A DNA stretch of 32,000 bases from Methanothermobacter marburgensis str. Marburg (GTDB lineage: Archaea > Methanobacteriota > Methanobacteria > Methanobacteriales > Methanothermobacteraceae). The notes below the pieces were generated by a model. That model did not search any database and was not told where the DNA came from. It saw only the letters and a list, made by a program, of their open reading frames with translations. Each line of letters opens with the position of its first letter. The stretch's first letter is position 1. This document shows, piece by piece, positions 1 through 9,201 of this stretch. The stretch is taken from positions 990,001 to 1,022,000 of the forward strand of contig NC_014408.1 of assembly GCF_000145295.1 (NCBI RefSeq), given 5' to 3'. Position numbers and translations under genes: made by a program.

Positions 1-7
1 ACTTGAT

Positions 8-38
8 AAAAAAAGGATTCATGGGGAAACCCCATGAA
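8..38 (-). terminator. hairpin plus oligo-T, candidate terminator downstream of the NAS-like gene
   Basis: Perfect inverted repeat ttcatgggg/aaa/ccccatgaa (18-38). On the minus strand it is followed by a T7 run (A-run 8-14 on plus). It lies about 190 nt downstream of the stop at 231. Confidence 0.3.
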
Positions 39-230
39 CTGATTGATGGAGGGAAAAATTTAATATCCAACACCGTACTGGTGTTACACTTATATCTAAA
101 ATATGATGAGTATTTAACACTTACTATTTCATTTGTATTAATAATTAATGGGTTCCTGAGGATTCCACAGTAATAATCAACTCATCTGAAGTTTAATTGA
201 ACTCAGGAGAGCTTGATTGGATTGAAGGTC

Positions 231-1033
231 CTAATCAGGGGATTTGAATACAAGTACAGATGTATTGTTAACCTTACCCGATGGTAGAACAATGCCTGCC
301 CTCCTGAAACCCCTTACATCCTCATCACCTACAGGTGAGTAGAGTATGGCCCTCATCCCGGTGTAGGTCCTGTAAATGACCCTTGTATCCCCATCAACAT
401 AGCGGTGGATGTTCCTGAAAACCCTCTCCTTTGGCTCTGCAAGGGCCGCCACAAGCACTATGTCGAATTCAAGGTCCCTTATTGCTGTCTCATCACCGTT
501 GATTACCCTAACATCCCCTTCAAGTCCAAGTTTCTCTATGACCCTTCCTGCAAGTTCCGCCAGTTCGGGTTCAACTTCAACAACCGACACCCCCATGCCA
601 TGGACACTTGCCAGGAGAATCCCTGTGAGGGGAGGGGCCCTCCCCCAATAAAGACTATTCTTTCACCCTCCCTGTACCTGCCAAGGGTTGCCTCATTTTT
701 AAGGAGCTCGATGTAGCGAGGGTAAAAGTAGAACGACCCTAGCGTCTTCCACGGGTCCTCTGAGGCAAGGACCTCCTCAGCCTTTTCAATTTCAAGTTTC
801 ATCCCGAGGTTGACGTAGAATCTCCTTATTACCCTGAGGGCATGATTCATCCCGGGATCATCAAGGATGTGCTTTGCAGATTCAAAGTCAATGGACTCAT
901 CATGGGCTATCTCCTCAATCTCATCAAGGAGGGGGATTACGGCTTCAACGTTCATCCCATGTATCCCATAATCCATACCCTCAAGTCTTGATGCTATCGA
1001 CCTGATCCTATCCCAGTAGATGTAACAGCTCAT
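231..1033 (-). pseudogene. nicotianamine synthase-like (thermonicotianamine synthase family) gene split by a 1-nt frameshift
   Basis: ORFs 536..1033 and 231..596 read as the N- and C-halves of one NAS-like enzyme. The N-half ends ...FYFYPRYIELLKNE...GERIVFIGGGPLP. The C-half frame is open back to about 645 and reads PLTGILLASVHGMGVSVVEVEP...LVAALAEPKERVF...YRTYTGMRAILY...SGKVNNTSVLVFK. The frames switch inside gtgaggggaggggccc (625-640). One extra G in the G4 run 629-632 would restore ...FIGGGPLPLTGILLA... Confidence 0.8.
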
Positions 1034-1362
1034 GAATATACTTCCATGTAGTTTGTGGACGATGCTCCTTTAATTGGATTAATAAACGGATCCAAGGTTT
1101 ATGGATGATCCCCCATCCAGATCTGAATTAATAACAGACCCCCTATGTTATCATAAACAGGCATCCTTTATTCGCCGGCACATATTAGTTTTGCCATGGT
1201 ACTTATAGGAGATATGGATACATATTATACACAAGGAATGTAGTATTACATATAATCCTTAAAATCGTGATAAAGTATTACTTTGGGGTGGTGTTTATTA
1301 TCAGAGTAACGACACCGGGAGAAGAGTAGGATCCTAAATCAGTCAGGGCATTTCTCTTCAGG

Positions 1363-1875
1363 ATGATAAAGAGGGAGTTCGGTTTTGATTACATACCCGA
1401 GTACCACAGGGACATAGTCAACCTTGAAGAATACTACCTGGAACCTGAAAGGAACACCTTCCTCCTTGCCTGCATTGGTGACAGGCTGGTTGGAACCCTC
1501 GGCCTCCGCGCCTATGACCGTGAATTCAGGGGCCTCAATTACGACCCTGAAAGGACGGCCAGCCTCTGGAGGGTCTTTGTGCATGAGGACTGCAGGAAGA
1601 TGGGTGTTGCATCATACCTTGTGGAAATTGCAGAATCCTTTGCAGCAGAGAAGGGCTATACCCGTATCTACCTTCACACTCATAAACACGTTGAGGGTGC
1701 CCTTGAATTCTGGCTCTCAAAGGGTTACAGCATAGTTATTGACACTGACAATGAACTTGGAACCGTCCACATGGAAAAGTCCCTTAACAGGAGTTCAATG
1801 GGAAACCAGGATTTCAGTGGAACCTGTTCTACCATAAAAAGAGGAGGAACAGGGCATCAGATGACATTTTTTTGA
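1363..1875 (+). CDS. GNAT-family N-acetyltransferase
   Basis: 170-aa ORF with a GNAT core (...LWRVFVHEDCRKMGVASYLVEIAESFAAEKGYTRIYLHT...). The upstream frame is closed by TAG 1327-1329, so ATG 1363 is the first possible start. Confidence 0.75.
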   Translation: MIKREFGFDYIPEYHRDIVNLEEYYLEPERNTFLLACIGDRLVGTLGLRAYDREFRGLNYDPERTASLWRVFVHEDCRKMGVASYLVEIAESFAAEKGYTRIYLHTHKHVEGALEFWLSKGYSIVIDTDNELGTVHMEKSLNRSSMGNQDFSGTCSTIKRGGTGHQMTFF

Positions 1876-2107
1876 GCGAAAGGATTGCTTGATGCCCTGT
1901 TTGAGCTGGCTTCCGTTGATATCCTAGGAGGAATTCATGCTCAGAGATATACTTGGCAGAGGATATATAAATACTTTTTGAAAAAAAATTATTACTCATT
2001 TTAAGTGAAAAGGTTTTCAGTATTAAACCATTCACCGGGATAGAGTAAGGTAAAATTCAGTAATTATAAATCAGAAGCAGCGTCCCCGATTAAAGGAAAA
2101 AAACTTA

Positions 2108-2383
2108 TTATTCCCTGTAATCCTCAAGGATGTCCTCAAGCCTCTCATAGGCCAGGTCAACCGCCTCATCAACTATGGAGGGATCTGCATCGGAGAGTTC
2201 ATCCAGGTAGACCTCAGCACTGATATCAACACTGAGTTCATCATCATATTCAACCCTGACAGAGACGTCAAGGTCGACTATTTCCTTCCTCGGCACCCTC
2301 TGTAATATGTATTCAGAAACAGTGTTATGGAGGAAAATGGATATCTCATCCAGATCCCTCCGGGATAACCGTCTCAGAGTCAA
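2108..2383 (-). CDS. small acidic conserved archaeal protein (DUF3194-like), function unknown
   Basis: 91-aa D/E-rich ORF. Its TTG start (2381-2383) directly abuts the pfdB stop TAA (2384-2386). It is the last gene of the minus-strand superoperon. The family assignment is from memory of the gene that follows prefoldin beta in Methanothermobacter. Confidence 0.55.
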   Translation of the reverse strand: MTLRRLSRRDLDEISIFLHNTVSEYILQRVPRKEIVDLDVSVRVEYDDELSVDISAEVYLDELSDADPSIVDEAVDLAYERLEDILEDYRE

Positions 2384-2749
2384 TTAATTACCCATCCCCG
2401 GGTTGATTCCAGCGCCCTTCATTGCCTCCTGGATGTTAACCTGCATCTCCTGGAGTTTCTTCATGACGCGTTCTTCCTGCCTCTCAATGGTCTTCTCCCT
2501 TAACTGTAGGGTTTCAAGTTTTTCCTGGAGCTCCTCTGTAATCTCATCCTTATCAACCTTGATGAGGATGTTCCCTGAGCTCTTGAATACCTCTGCATCA
2601 TCTGCAGCCTTGGAAAGTTCATCAAGGGCCTTCTGTGTCTCATTAATCTGCATTTCAACCGTCTGTTTCTGCACAGATATTGCCTGTGCCTGCTGCTGCA
2701 GCTGCTGGAACTGAGCCAGCTGATGCTGTACATTCTGTGGAAGTTCCAT
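2384..2749 (-). CDS. pfdB: prefoldin beta subunit
   Basis: 121 aa with two coiled-coil arms (QHQLAQFQQLQQQAQAISVQKQTVEMQINETQKALDEL ... LQEKLETLQLREKTIERQEERVMKKLQEMQ) around a beta-hairpin core. SD GAAGGTGAT precedes the ATG. Confidence 0.92.
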   Translation of the reverse strand: MELPQNVQHQLAQFQQLQQQAQAISVQKQTVEMQINETQKALDELSKAADDAEVFKSSGNILIKVDKDEITEELQEKLETLQLREKTIERQEERVMKKLQEMQVNIQEAMKGAGINPGMGN

Positions 2750-2767
2750 AATATCACCTTCAAATAT

Positions 2768-3046
2768 TTAATCGGATAAATCCAGGGATTTAAGTGTATC
2801 AATCATCTCCATGGACAGTTTAACCCATCGGATTGATGAGTTAAGGGCCGCCCTGAATGACGCCGAATCAGTGGCGCTTATACTTATGGTTATCAGGTCA
2901 TCATCAAGGTCAATGGACATTGAGGACCTTTCAGAGGGTGAATCCTCAACTTCAGGTTTAACCGCCCTGTAAATAACAAGGGCCGTCTCAGGGTCCCCTG
3001 TGGAAACTTCGATTTCACCCTGGATGCTCCTCAATGCCAAGGTCAC
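2768..3046 (-). CDS. pcc1: KEOPS complex subunit Pcc1
   Basis: 92 aa. The C-terminal ISATDSASFRAALNSSIRWVKLSMEMID matches the Pcc1/CTAG signature (..ATD..ALR...NS.LRW.K....). The GTG start overlaps the Brix stop (GTGA at 3043-3046). Confidence 0.8.
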   Translation of the reverse strand: MTLALRSIQGEIEVSTGDPETALVIYRAVKPEVEDSPSERSSMSIDLDDDLITISISATDSASFRAALNSSIRWVKLSMEMIDTLKSLDLSD

Positions 3047-3510
3047 TCACCCATCCTGATATCCTTTATGATAAGTTTAAAGCCAGAGGGCCTGCCCTCC
3101 GAATCAATGAGTTCCATCACACCCCTGTAATCACCGGCAGGCCTTATATCCCATGCACCCTCCCTAACCGACGGGTCATGTTCAAGGCCCATGAGCCGGC
3201 AGATTGTGTGGAGATCATCAGGACAGGACCTTGCACTTCTGGCAGCGCCCCTGAGACTGACGGGTTTAAGGTCAAAGGAAGCGTTGAAGAGGATGTAACC
3301 CAGTTCATGGCCCCTTTCATCAAGGAATGTTATCCTTGCAGGGTTACCATGTCTCTCAAAGAGGATTGCGGCAGGACCCCCTGCATCGATGAGGACCTCG
3401 CGCAGGTTCATCTTCCCCCTGTTTATGTAGGTCCATCCGAGGATCCTTGCAAGCCTCTGGGCAAAGGACCTTGTGCGCTGGGATGGCTTCCTTGAGGTTG
3501 TAAGAAGCAT
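3043..3510 (-). CDS. Brix-domain (Imp4-like) ribosome biogenesis protein
   Basis: 155 aa starting MLLTTSRKPSQRTRSFAQRLARIL..., the typical archaeal Brix/Imp4 N-terminus. It occupies the position after rpoP that this gene has in the superoperon. Confidence 0.85.
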   Translation of the reverse strand: MLLTTSRKPSQRTRSFAQRLARILGWTYINRGKMNLREVLIDAGGPAAILFERHGNPARITFLDERGHELGYILFNASFDLKPVSLRGAARSARSCPDDLHTICRLMGLEHDPSVREGAWDIRPAGDYRGVMELIDSEGRPSGFKLIIKDIRMGE

Positions 3511-3511
3511 C

Positions 3512-3643
3512 CTACCGTGCCCTTATGGTCCTCTTAACAGGAGGCACCTCCTTGAAGAGGATCCTGTACCTGCAGCGCGGGCACTTGTTCTCCATGTACT
3601 TCTTGGGGTCTATCAGGGTTCCGCACTGGGCGCAACGGTACAA
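3512..3643 (-). CDS. rpoP: DNA-directed RNA polymerase subunit P (Rpo12)
   Basis: Not in the ORF track because it is only 43 aa. Hand translation gives (TTG)[42 protein letters not shown]. It has a CxxC...CxxC zinc ribbon with the RCPxCxYRIL.K signature. The TTG start is 1 nt after the rpl37ae stop, and the TAG stop is 1 nt before the Brix ATG. Confidence 0.8.
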   Translation of the reverse strand: MYRCAQCGTLIDPKKYMENKCPRCRYRILFKEVPPVKRTIRAR

Positions 3644-3644
3644 T

Positions 3645-3914
3645 CTACTTACCTCCAACTATCCTCTTGATGTTACGGGCCGCTGTCTTACCCATCGGGG
3701 TCACAGGCAGGTACGCACCGCCTGTGAATACAGCGCCACACTTTCTGCACTTCCATATGCCCCTGCTCTCCCTTTTAACACCTGGCCTGTCACAGGTGGG
3801 GCATACGTGCTTCCTCTTCATCTCTTCTTCAATCTTCTTGACAGCTCTTTTAGCTTTACGACCGTAACGTGGACCGAAACGTCCTGTAATACCAACTTTC
3901 TTTGTTTTTGCCAT
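3645..3914 (-). CDS. rpl37ae: 50S ribosomal protein L37Ae (eL43)
   Basis: 89 aa starting [20 protein letters not shown], with zinc ribbon CPTC...CRKC. SD GGAGTGAT lies upstream. Confidence 0.95.
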   Translation of the reverse strand: MAKTKKVGITGRFGPRYGRKAKRAVKKIEEEMKRKHVCPTCDRPGVKRESRGIWKCRKCGAVFTGGAYLPVTPMGKTAARNIKRIVGGK

Positions 3915-3956
3915 TTTATCACTCCAGTAAATATGATGTTATAGGTATTGTAAGGC

Positions 3957-3966
3957 CACTATTTAA
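3957..3966 (-). promoter_or_regulatory. TATA-like box (CTTAAATAG) upstream of rpl37ae, possible internal promoter
   Basis: The minus strand reads aaatCTTAAATAGtgg about 45-50 nt upstream of the rpl37ae ATG, in the 158-nt gap after rrp42. Confidence 0.3.
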
Positions 3967-3982
3967 GATTTGGGGAGCACCA

Positions 3983-4066
3983 GAATATGGTGACCTCTGA
4001 TTCCTCCAAACTATAACTCCTTATGAGAACAGAGCCACTGGAATATGGTGACCTCTGATTCCTCCA
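3983..4066. repeat. perfect 26-bp direct repeat, two copies 58 bp apart
   Basis: gaatatggtgacctctgattcctcca occurs at 3983-4008 and 4041-4066. Flanks are partly similar (gcaccag/gccactg). It lies between the rrp42 stop (4073) and the rpl37ae TATA-like box. Confidence 0.9.
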
Positions 4067-4072
4067 GAGGAT

Positions 4073-4876
4073 TCAGGGTGCCATTGACTTATCAAGGTAC
4101 TCAATGAGCTGGGGTACCTTCTCCCTCGCAATCGAAACCGCCCTCAGGACATCATCCCTTGTGAGGGCACCCTCACCGCCCTTCTGCATGGCGCATATGG
4201 AGCCATCCTCTGTCACCCCTATGGACAGCCTTGCGGTGAGTATGTCCTCCTCCTCAAGGCAGGGGTCCAGTATTATCTCATCACCAATCTTTGCAAAGGT
4301 GCACATGAGGGCCTTTCTATTGATGGGGAGTGGCTGCATGTTCTCCCTGTCAACCAGGACTTCACCATCCTCAACCTCCGCGGCGGGTATCCTTGTATCG
4401 AGGAGCGCTGCCACAGTTGCAAGTACCGCGGCATCAAAGAGGTTGCCGTCATAGTCGATTATGTGGAGGTCCAGGAAGAGCATCCAGACCTTGCTGCCCT
4501 CTATTATGCAGAGTTTTTCAAGGTCTATCATCTGACTTTCCCTTACGCAGCGGTCAACAACCCTTGACAGTTCAACCGAACGCTCATCGGGGGGTCCCGG
4601 CTCAAAGGTTGGTGATGCCATTGGTAGTAGTTCGGAGTTTGTGAGTATCACTCCCATTTCAGGGGTGTCAGGGAATGGTTCGCCTATCTGCGGCTTGACA
4701 CCAACTATTATCTGTGTGTTGCCAAGTTTGACCCTTGAGGAACCCTCAGCCTTGGATATCACCCCTGTTTCAATGGATATGTCCCTGAACTCATGGAGTG
4801 ACCTTCCATCAATTCGCTCCTTGTTATTTATAAGGTCTGTTATACTTTTTCTTGTAATTTCAGGTATTATATCCAT
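4073..4876 (-). CDS. rrp42: exosome complex component Rrp42 (RNase PH-like, inactive subunit)
   Basis: [55 protein letters not shown]... has an RNase PH fold. I prefer ATG 4876 (GGTGA SD 5 nt upstream, 1 nt after the rrp41 TAA). ATG 4888 (MVNKMDII) is the alternative. The 350-aa track ORF extends back through rrp41 and is not credible. Confidence 0.9.
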   Translation of the reverse strand: MDIIPEITRKSITDLINNKERIDGRSLHEFRDISIETGVISKAEGSSRVKLGNTQIIVGVKPQIGEPFPDTPEMGVILTNSELLPMASPTFEPGPPDERSVELSRVVDRCVRESQMIDLEKLCIIEGSKVWMLFLDLHIIDYDGNLFDAAVLATVAALLDTRIPAAEVEDGEVLVDRENMQPLPINRKALMCTFAKIGDEIILDPCLEEEDILTARLSIGVTEDGSICAMQKGGEGALTRDDVLRAVSIAREKVPQLIEYLDKSMAP

Positions 4877-4877
4877 T

Positions 4878-5600
4878 TTATTCACCATACCTCTTTCTGA
4901 GGGCCTCTTTCTGAACCTCATGTATTCTGAGGCAACCCTCCACTGCCAGGTCAAGGGCCCTTTCAAATTCATCATCTGACAGGTTTCCATCACTCTGGAG
5001 AAGTGTGATCTCACGCGTCCTTGGTAGGATTGCAACCGGTACATCTGCCTGTCCGGCCTTGTCCTCCTCCTCAGAGAGGTCAAGGACGACCTGGTCGTTA
5101 ACCTTACCTGCGGCGCAGGCGACAACCATGTCCCTCATGGGTATCCCGGCATCTGCAAGGGCCACAGATGCCGCTGTGATACCCGCGCACCTCGTACCGC
5201 CCTCTGCCTCAAGGACCTCTATGAAGACATCTATGACGGACCTTGGAAACTTTTCAAGTATCAGTGCAGGCCTCAGGGCCTCCGCGGTTATCTTGGAAAT
5301 CTCAACAGAGCGCCTGTCGGGACCAGGCCTCTTTCTCTCCTCAACAGAGAATGGTGCCATGTTGTACCTGCACCTTATAACTGCCCGGTCAGGTCGCTGC
5401 AGCTTCCTTATCTGTGCCTCCCTTGGCCCGTAAACAGCTACAAGTATCTTGTTACCTCCAAATTCAAGGTAGGATGAACCGTCAGCCCTTTCAAGTATTC
5501 CAGCCTCAATTCTCAGGGGCCTGAGTTCATCAAATGCCCTTCCATCCTCCCTGACACTGGGGGAGGTTTTCAACTGATCCTGTGTGATGATACCAATCAC
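4878..5600 (-). CDS. rrp41: exosome complex exonuclease Rrp41 (RNase PH-like catalytic subunit)
   Basis: 240 aa containing ...[45 protein letters not shown]...[24 protein letters not shown]... The GTG start overlaps the rrp4 stop (GTGA, 5597-5600). Confidence 0.93.
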   Translation of the reverse strand: MIGIITQDQLKTSPSVREDGRAFDELRPLRIEAGILERADGSSYLEFGGNKILVAVYGPREAQIRKLQRPDRAVIRCRYNMAPFSVEERKRPGPDRRSVEISKITAEALRPALILEKFPRSVIDVFIEVLEAEGGTRCAGITAASVALADAGIPMRDMVVACAAGKVNDQVVLDLSEEEDKAGQADVPVAILPRTREITLLQSDGNLSDDEFERALDLAVEGCLRIHEVQKEALRKRYGE

Positions 5601-6460
5601 CTCTGTTCCTCGGAATTATTTTCATCGTCAACTTCTTCATGCCCTGACTCTTCGGCCTCGGATAATTCCTCTTCATCTTCTTCTAGGTCATCAGGGTTTT
5701 CTGTTTCTTCTTTCATCTCCTCGGCATCCTCAACTGGAGCCTCCGGTTCAGCCAATTCAGACCCATCATCCTCATCCAGGTCCTTGGGTTCAGTGCCGGT
5801 GAGTCTGTCCAGAAGCTCCCTTACACGGTCTGTGAGTCCTGATGTGTGGGCCTCACGGTCTATCATCAATATAACCCTCTCGGCTATCCTCTCCATGTCG
5901 GGTTCGCCCTTTATCCAGACGACTCCATTCTGGCCCACAACGATATCACAGTGGGTCTTCTCCTTGACCATGTTTATCATGGATCCCCTTTTGCCTATGA
6001 GCCTTGGAACCTTTGTTGGTGTTATGTATACCAGAATTCCGTCCCTGAACTTTCCAAGCCCGCGGCCCTTAAGGCCCAGTTTAACCTTTTTGACCTCGTC
6101 CACATCAACTACCCTTAAAAGGAGCACGTCGCCTATGTCAAAGACGTTCTCAAGTTCCCTTTTCTCCTTGCCGAAAACCTCTGACGCCGGCAGGAGCCCG
6201 CTGTAGGGGGAGTTTATATCCAGGCCCCACATTGAGAACCTTATATCAGTGATTTCACCGATCACCACATCTCCCCTTTTGGGGATGTACTTGCTCTGAA
6301 GTGGTATCACGTTTATCTTCTTATTTCTGACAGAAACAAGTCCAACGAATGATGAACATATTTTTTTACCCTCTTTGAAGGTCCCCCTGCCCGGGTAGTA
6401 ATCATTTTCTGCCAGAACCTGACCTGGGACAACCAGGTCCTTTTCATTTACGAGTAACAC
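5597..6460 (-). CDS. rrp4: exosome RNA-binding cap subunit Rrp4 (S1 + KH) with an acidic C-terminal tail
   Basis: 287 aa with a GTG start and SD GGGAGGC. It has an S1-like region ([30 protein letters not shown]) and a KH region ([36 protein letters not shown]). The last ~65 residues are D/E-rich. Confidence 0.9.
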   Translation of the reverse strand: MLLVNEKDLVVPGQVLAENDYYPGRGTFKEGKKICSSFVGLVSVRNKKINVIPLQSKYIPKRGDVVIGEITDIRFSMWGLDINSPYSGLLPASEVFGKEKRELENVFDIGDVLLLRVVDVDEVKKVKLGLKGRGLGKFRDGILVYITPTKVPRLIGKRGSMINMVKEKTHCDIVVGQNGVVWIKGEPDMERIAERVILMIDREAHTSGLTDRVRELLDRLTGTEPKDLDEDDGSELAEPEAPVEDAEEMKEETENPDDLEEDEEELSEAEESGHEEVDDENNSEEQR

Positions 6461-6504
6461 ATTATGCCTCCCTGTTTTTTGAAGGCGAAAAAGGAGATGA
6501 GGGT

Positions 6505-7203
6505 TTACTTGATAATCCTGGTCTCAACGTTACCGCCGGTGAGTTCATTGATTTTCTGGTAGAAACTATCCTGAAGACCCCCTGGTATCTCAACCACCGC
6601 TATCCATGACCCGTCACTCTGCCATTCTTCATTCTTTATTTTTCCGAAATTGGATATCACACCGTAGGCTGGGCCGGCCCTGTCGCCTGGTATCTTTATG
6701 GCAACGGTGACCTTCTCGAATTTTATGGGTATCTTGGTCCTTATGGCCTTCAGGACAATGTTGACCTGCTCATCAACTGTTTTGAATGGATCAACGTGAA
6801 CCCTTGCTTCCTCCATTGCCTTTTCAATCCTTTTTGGAGGGTGAGGAAGTCCGTTCTGGGGGTTTATAGCTTCACGTGCAATCTTACTGATGATTTTTTT
6901 GCGTTTATCCTCTATCATCTGTCTTCTCTGTTCTGCAGTGAGCTGTATTGTCCCCCTCTGAAGTATTATGGGTGTTACCTCAAGAGGATCCGCTGTTTCA
7001 AAGACCTTCCTCATGGCCTCCTCAGATGCCTTATCACCCTTTCTGGCGTCCCTGAAGACCTCCTGGACCGCCAGAACATCCTCAACACTGACCTCTGAAT
7101 CCTCCCTCCGGAATTCAGCTGCAAGGTCAGGGTCCACTAGAATTTCGAATCTTTCGCCATGGGATTCGAGCCGGGCGATAACCGCATCTTCAAGGCTGAC
7201 CAT
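6505..7203 (-). CDS. SBDS-family ribosome maturation protein
   Basis: 232 aa starting [28 protein letters not shown]..., with ...[22 protein letters not shown]...[19 protein letters not shown]... The three-domain SBDS layout is visible. It starts 3 nt after the psmA stop. Confidence 0.9.
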   Translation of the reverse strand: MVSLEDAVIARLESHGERFEILVDPDLAAEFRREDSEVSVEDVLAVQEVFRDARKGDKASEEAMRKVFETADPLEVTPIILQRGTIQLTAEQRRQMIEDKRKKIISKIAREAINPQNGLPHPPKRIEKAMEEARVHVDPFKTVDEQVNIVLKAIRTKIPIKFEKVTVAIKIPGDRAGPAYGVISNFGKIKNEEWQSDGSWIAVVEIPGGLQDSFYQKINELTGGNVETRIIK

Positions 7204-7206
7204 TTT

Positions 7207-7953
<747 letters not shown>

Positions 7954-8016
7954 TTTTCTAACCTCTCTTTATTGATGGATAAATCTGGTAATCATGAGAC
8001 ATGTGATACAAATCAG

Positions 8017-8397
8017 TCAGTATTTATCTTTCTTGGAAGGTTTAATAAACTTTTGTGTTGCAGAGCGCACCGTTCCGGAGAGTCCCAGTATATGGAATAC
8101 CACCCTTGCCCCGCTGTGGTGGTGTGCAGCTGTGAGGGCAGCCATGACCTTTCCCTCGTAACCCCTCTGGCACTGAAGCACCCCCCTCATCCTTACTGCA
8201 TCCGGGAAACTACATCGCCAGAGTTTCATGAGCCATAAACGGAAATTTGATGTCTCACATTCGCCGTGGAGTTTGAGGCAGCTGTCCCATATGGCGGATA
8301 CGATTTCATCCCTTGAGAGCTCCCTCTCAGATATCAGTTCAAAGGCGATGTACCTCTTTGGGTTCCTGAGTGTGGGGGGGAGTATCTTCATTCTCAT
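8017..8397 (-). CDS. rnp2: RNase P protein component 2 (Pop5 homologue)
   Basis: 126 aa starting MRMKILPPTLRNPKRYIAFELISERELSRDEIVSAIWDSCLKLHGE... with a Pop5-type fold signature. It is adjacent to rnp3. Confidence 0.88.
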   Translation of the reverse strand: MRMKILPPTLRNPKRYIAFELISERELSRDEIVSAIWDSCLKLHGECETSNFRLWLMKLWRCSFPDAVRMRGVLQCQRGYEGKVMAALTAAHHHSGARVVFHILGLSGTVRSATQKFIKPSKKDKY

Positions 8398-8410
8398 GTC
8401 TTCACCGGGT

Positions 8411-8505
8411 TTCAGTCCTGTTCTTCGTCATCCACAAGCCTTTCCTTCCTATTCCAGTTCTTCCGTTGGCTGTGTTCAGTCCTCTTCCTCATCCTCCACA
8501 AGCCT
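8411..8505. repeat. 31-bp imperfect direct repeat duplicating the rnp3 3' end (offset 64 bp)
   Basis: Positions 8475-8505 hold the true last nine codons plus stop (RLVEDEEED*). Positions 8411-8441 hold a copy in the rnp3-rnp2 spacer that reads RLVDDEEQD*. Hand alignment gives 27/31 identity. Confidence 0.8.
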
Positions 8506-9201
8506 CACACCATCTGCAATCATAAGGGAGCGTTTGCGTGAGTATTCGATTATGGATGATGGTGTTGATGATAGGGCCCTCCCGGCCTCCCGGGTACTCA
8601 TCCCAAAGCACCCTGCCAGGTTCATGAGGTCACGGGGTGTGCGGAGGTCATATATTGATGATGCCCTGCTTGAGAGTAAGAGTGGAAAATCGAATTTTCT
8701 GTGGAGTTTAAGGATGTCCCTGAAGTACTCAAGAACCCTCGCCCTTACCTTGAGCCATGAGCCCATGATATCAGTGGTGACAAGTTCAACTGCAACCCTG
8801 TTCCTTGCAGCCTCCCTTGCGAGGACATGGTTCATGCCAGCGTCTCTCCTTGAGGAGTAGGGTGCAGAGAGGACATCCACCCGGGGGTTCTCACAGGCGG
8901 CGCGGTTCACCTTCAGGTCACCCCCTGAAACGTATACAACGTCGGCCTTCCTCCTGAAACGGTTAACCTTGCGCCTCATATCCTGGGGGTTCGAGGCGTT
9001 TATCATAACACCGGCTGCCACCTCAAGGCCACTGATTGCAGGGTTATCCCTCAGGAGTTCAATCTCTGGCTGGAGCCTGCTGTAGGTCTCATCGGAACAG
9101 ACCAGGACAGCCCCCTGGTAACCAAGACGGGAAGCCTCAGCAAGAAGTCTCAGACTGAAATCATGGTCACCTGCCTGAATATGGAAGTCAAAGAATTTCA
9201 T
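8476..9201 (-). CDS. rnp3: RNase P protein component 3 (Rpp30 homologue)
   Basis: MKFFDFHIQAGDHDFSLRLLAEASRLGYQGAVLV... has a TIM-barrel Rpp30 layout and is 241 aa from ATG 9201. The open frame continues upstream through three 18-codon repeat units to ATG 9363, which is the 295-aa track ORF. The native start is inferred to be 9201. Confidence 0.85.
   Translation of the reverse strand: MKFFDFHIQAGDHDFSLRLLAEASRLGYQGAVLVCSDETYSRLQPEIELLRDNPAISGLEVAAGVMINASNPQDMRRKVNRFRRKADVVYVSGGDLKVNRAACENPRVDVLSAPYSSRRDAGMNHVLAREAARNRVAVELVTTDIMGSWLKVRARVLEYFRDILKLHRKFDFPLLLSSRASSIYDLRTPRDLMNLAGCFGMSTREAGRALSSTPSSIIEYSRKRSLMIADGVRLVEDEEED

Noticed and set aside
103-159. Possible C/D-box sRNA (ATGATGA at 103-109, CTGA at 156-159, about 57 nt apart)
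   Set aside because: There are no recognisable D' or C' boxes and no terminal complementarity. The guide regions would be almost pure A/T. This is likely chance in an AT-rich spacer.
1937-1981. 14-codon ORF (MLRDILGRGYINTF*) preceded by a strong AGGAGGA, downstream of the GNAT gene
   Set aside because: It is too short to evaluate. It is noted only because of the SD and is possibly a relic of a former gene start.
4877-5125. N-terminal 79-83 residues of the 350-aa track ORF for rrp42 ([14 protein letters not shown]...)
   Set aside because: The extension runs entirely inside rrp41 in another frame and is R/S/T-rich with no domain character. Good starts with an SD exist at 4876/4888, right at the rrp41 stop.
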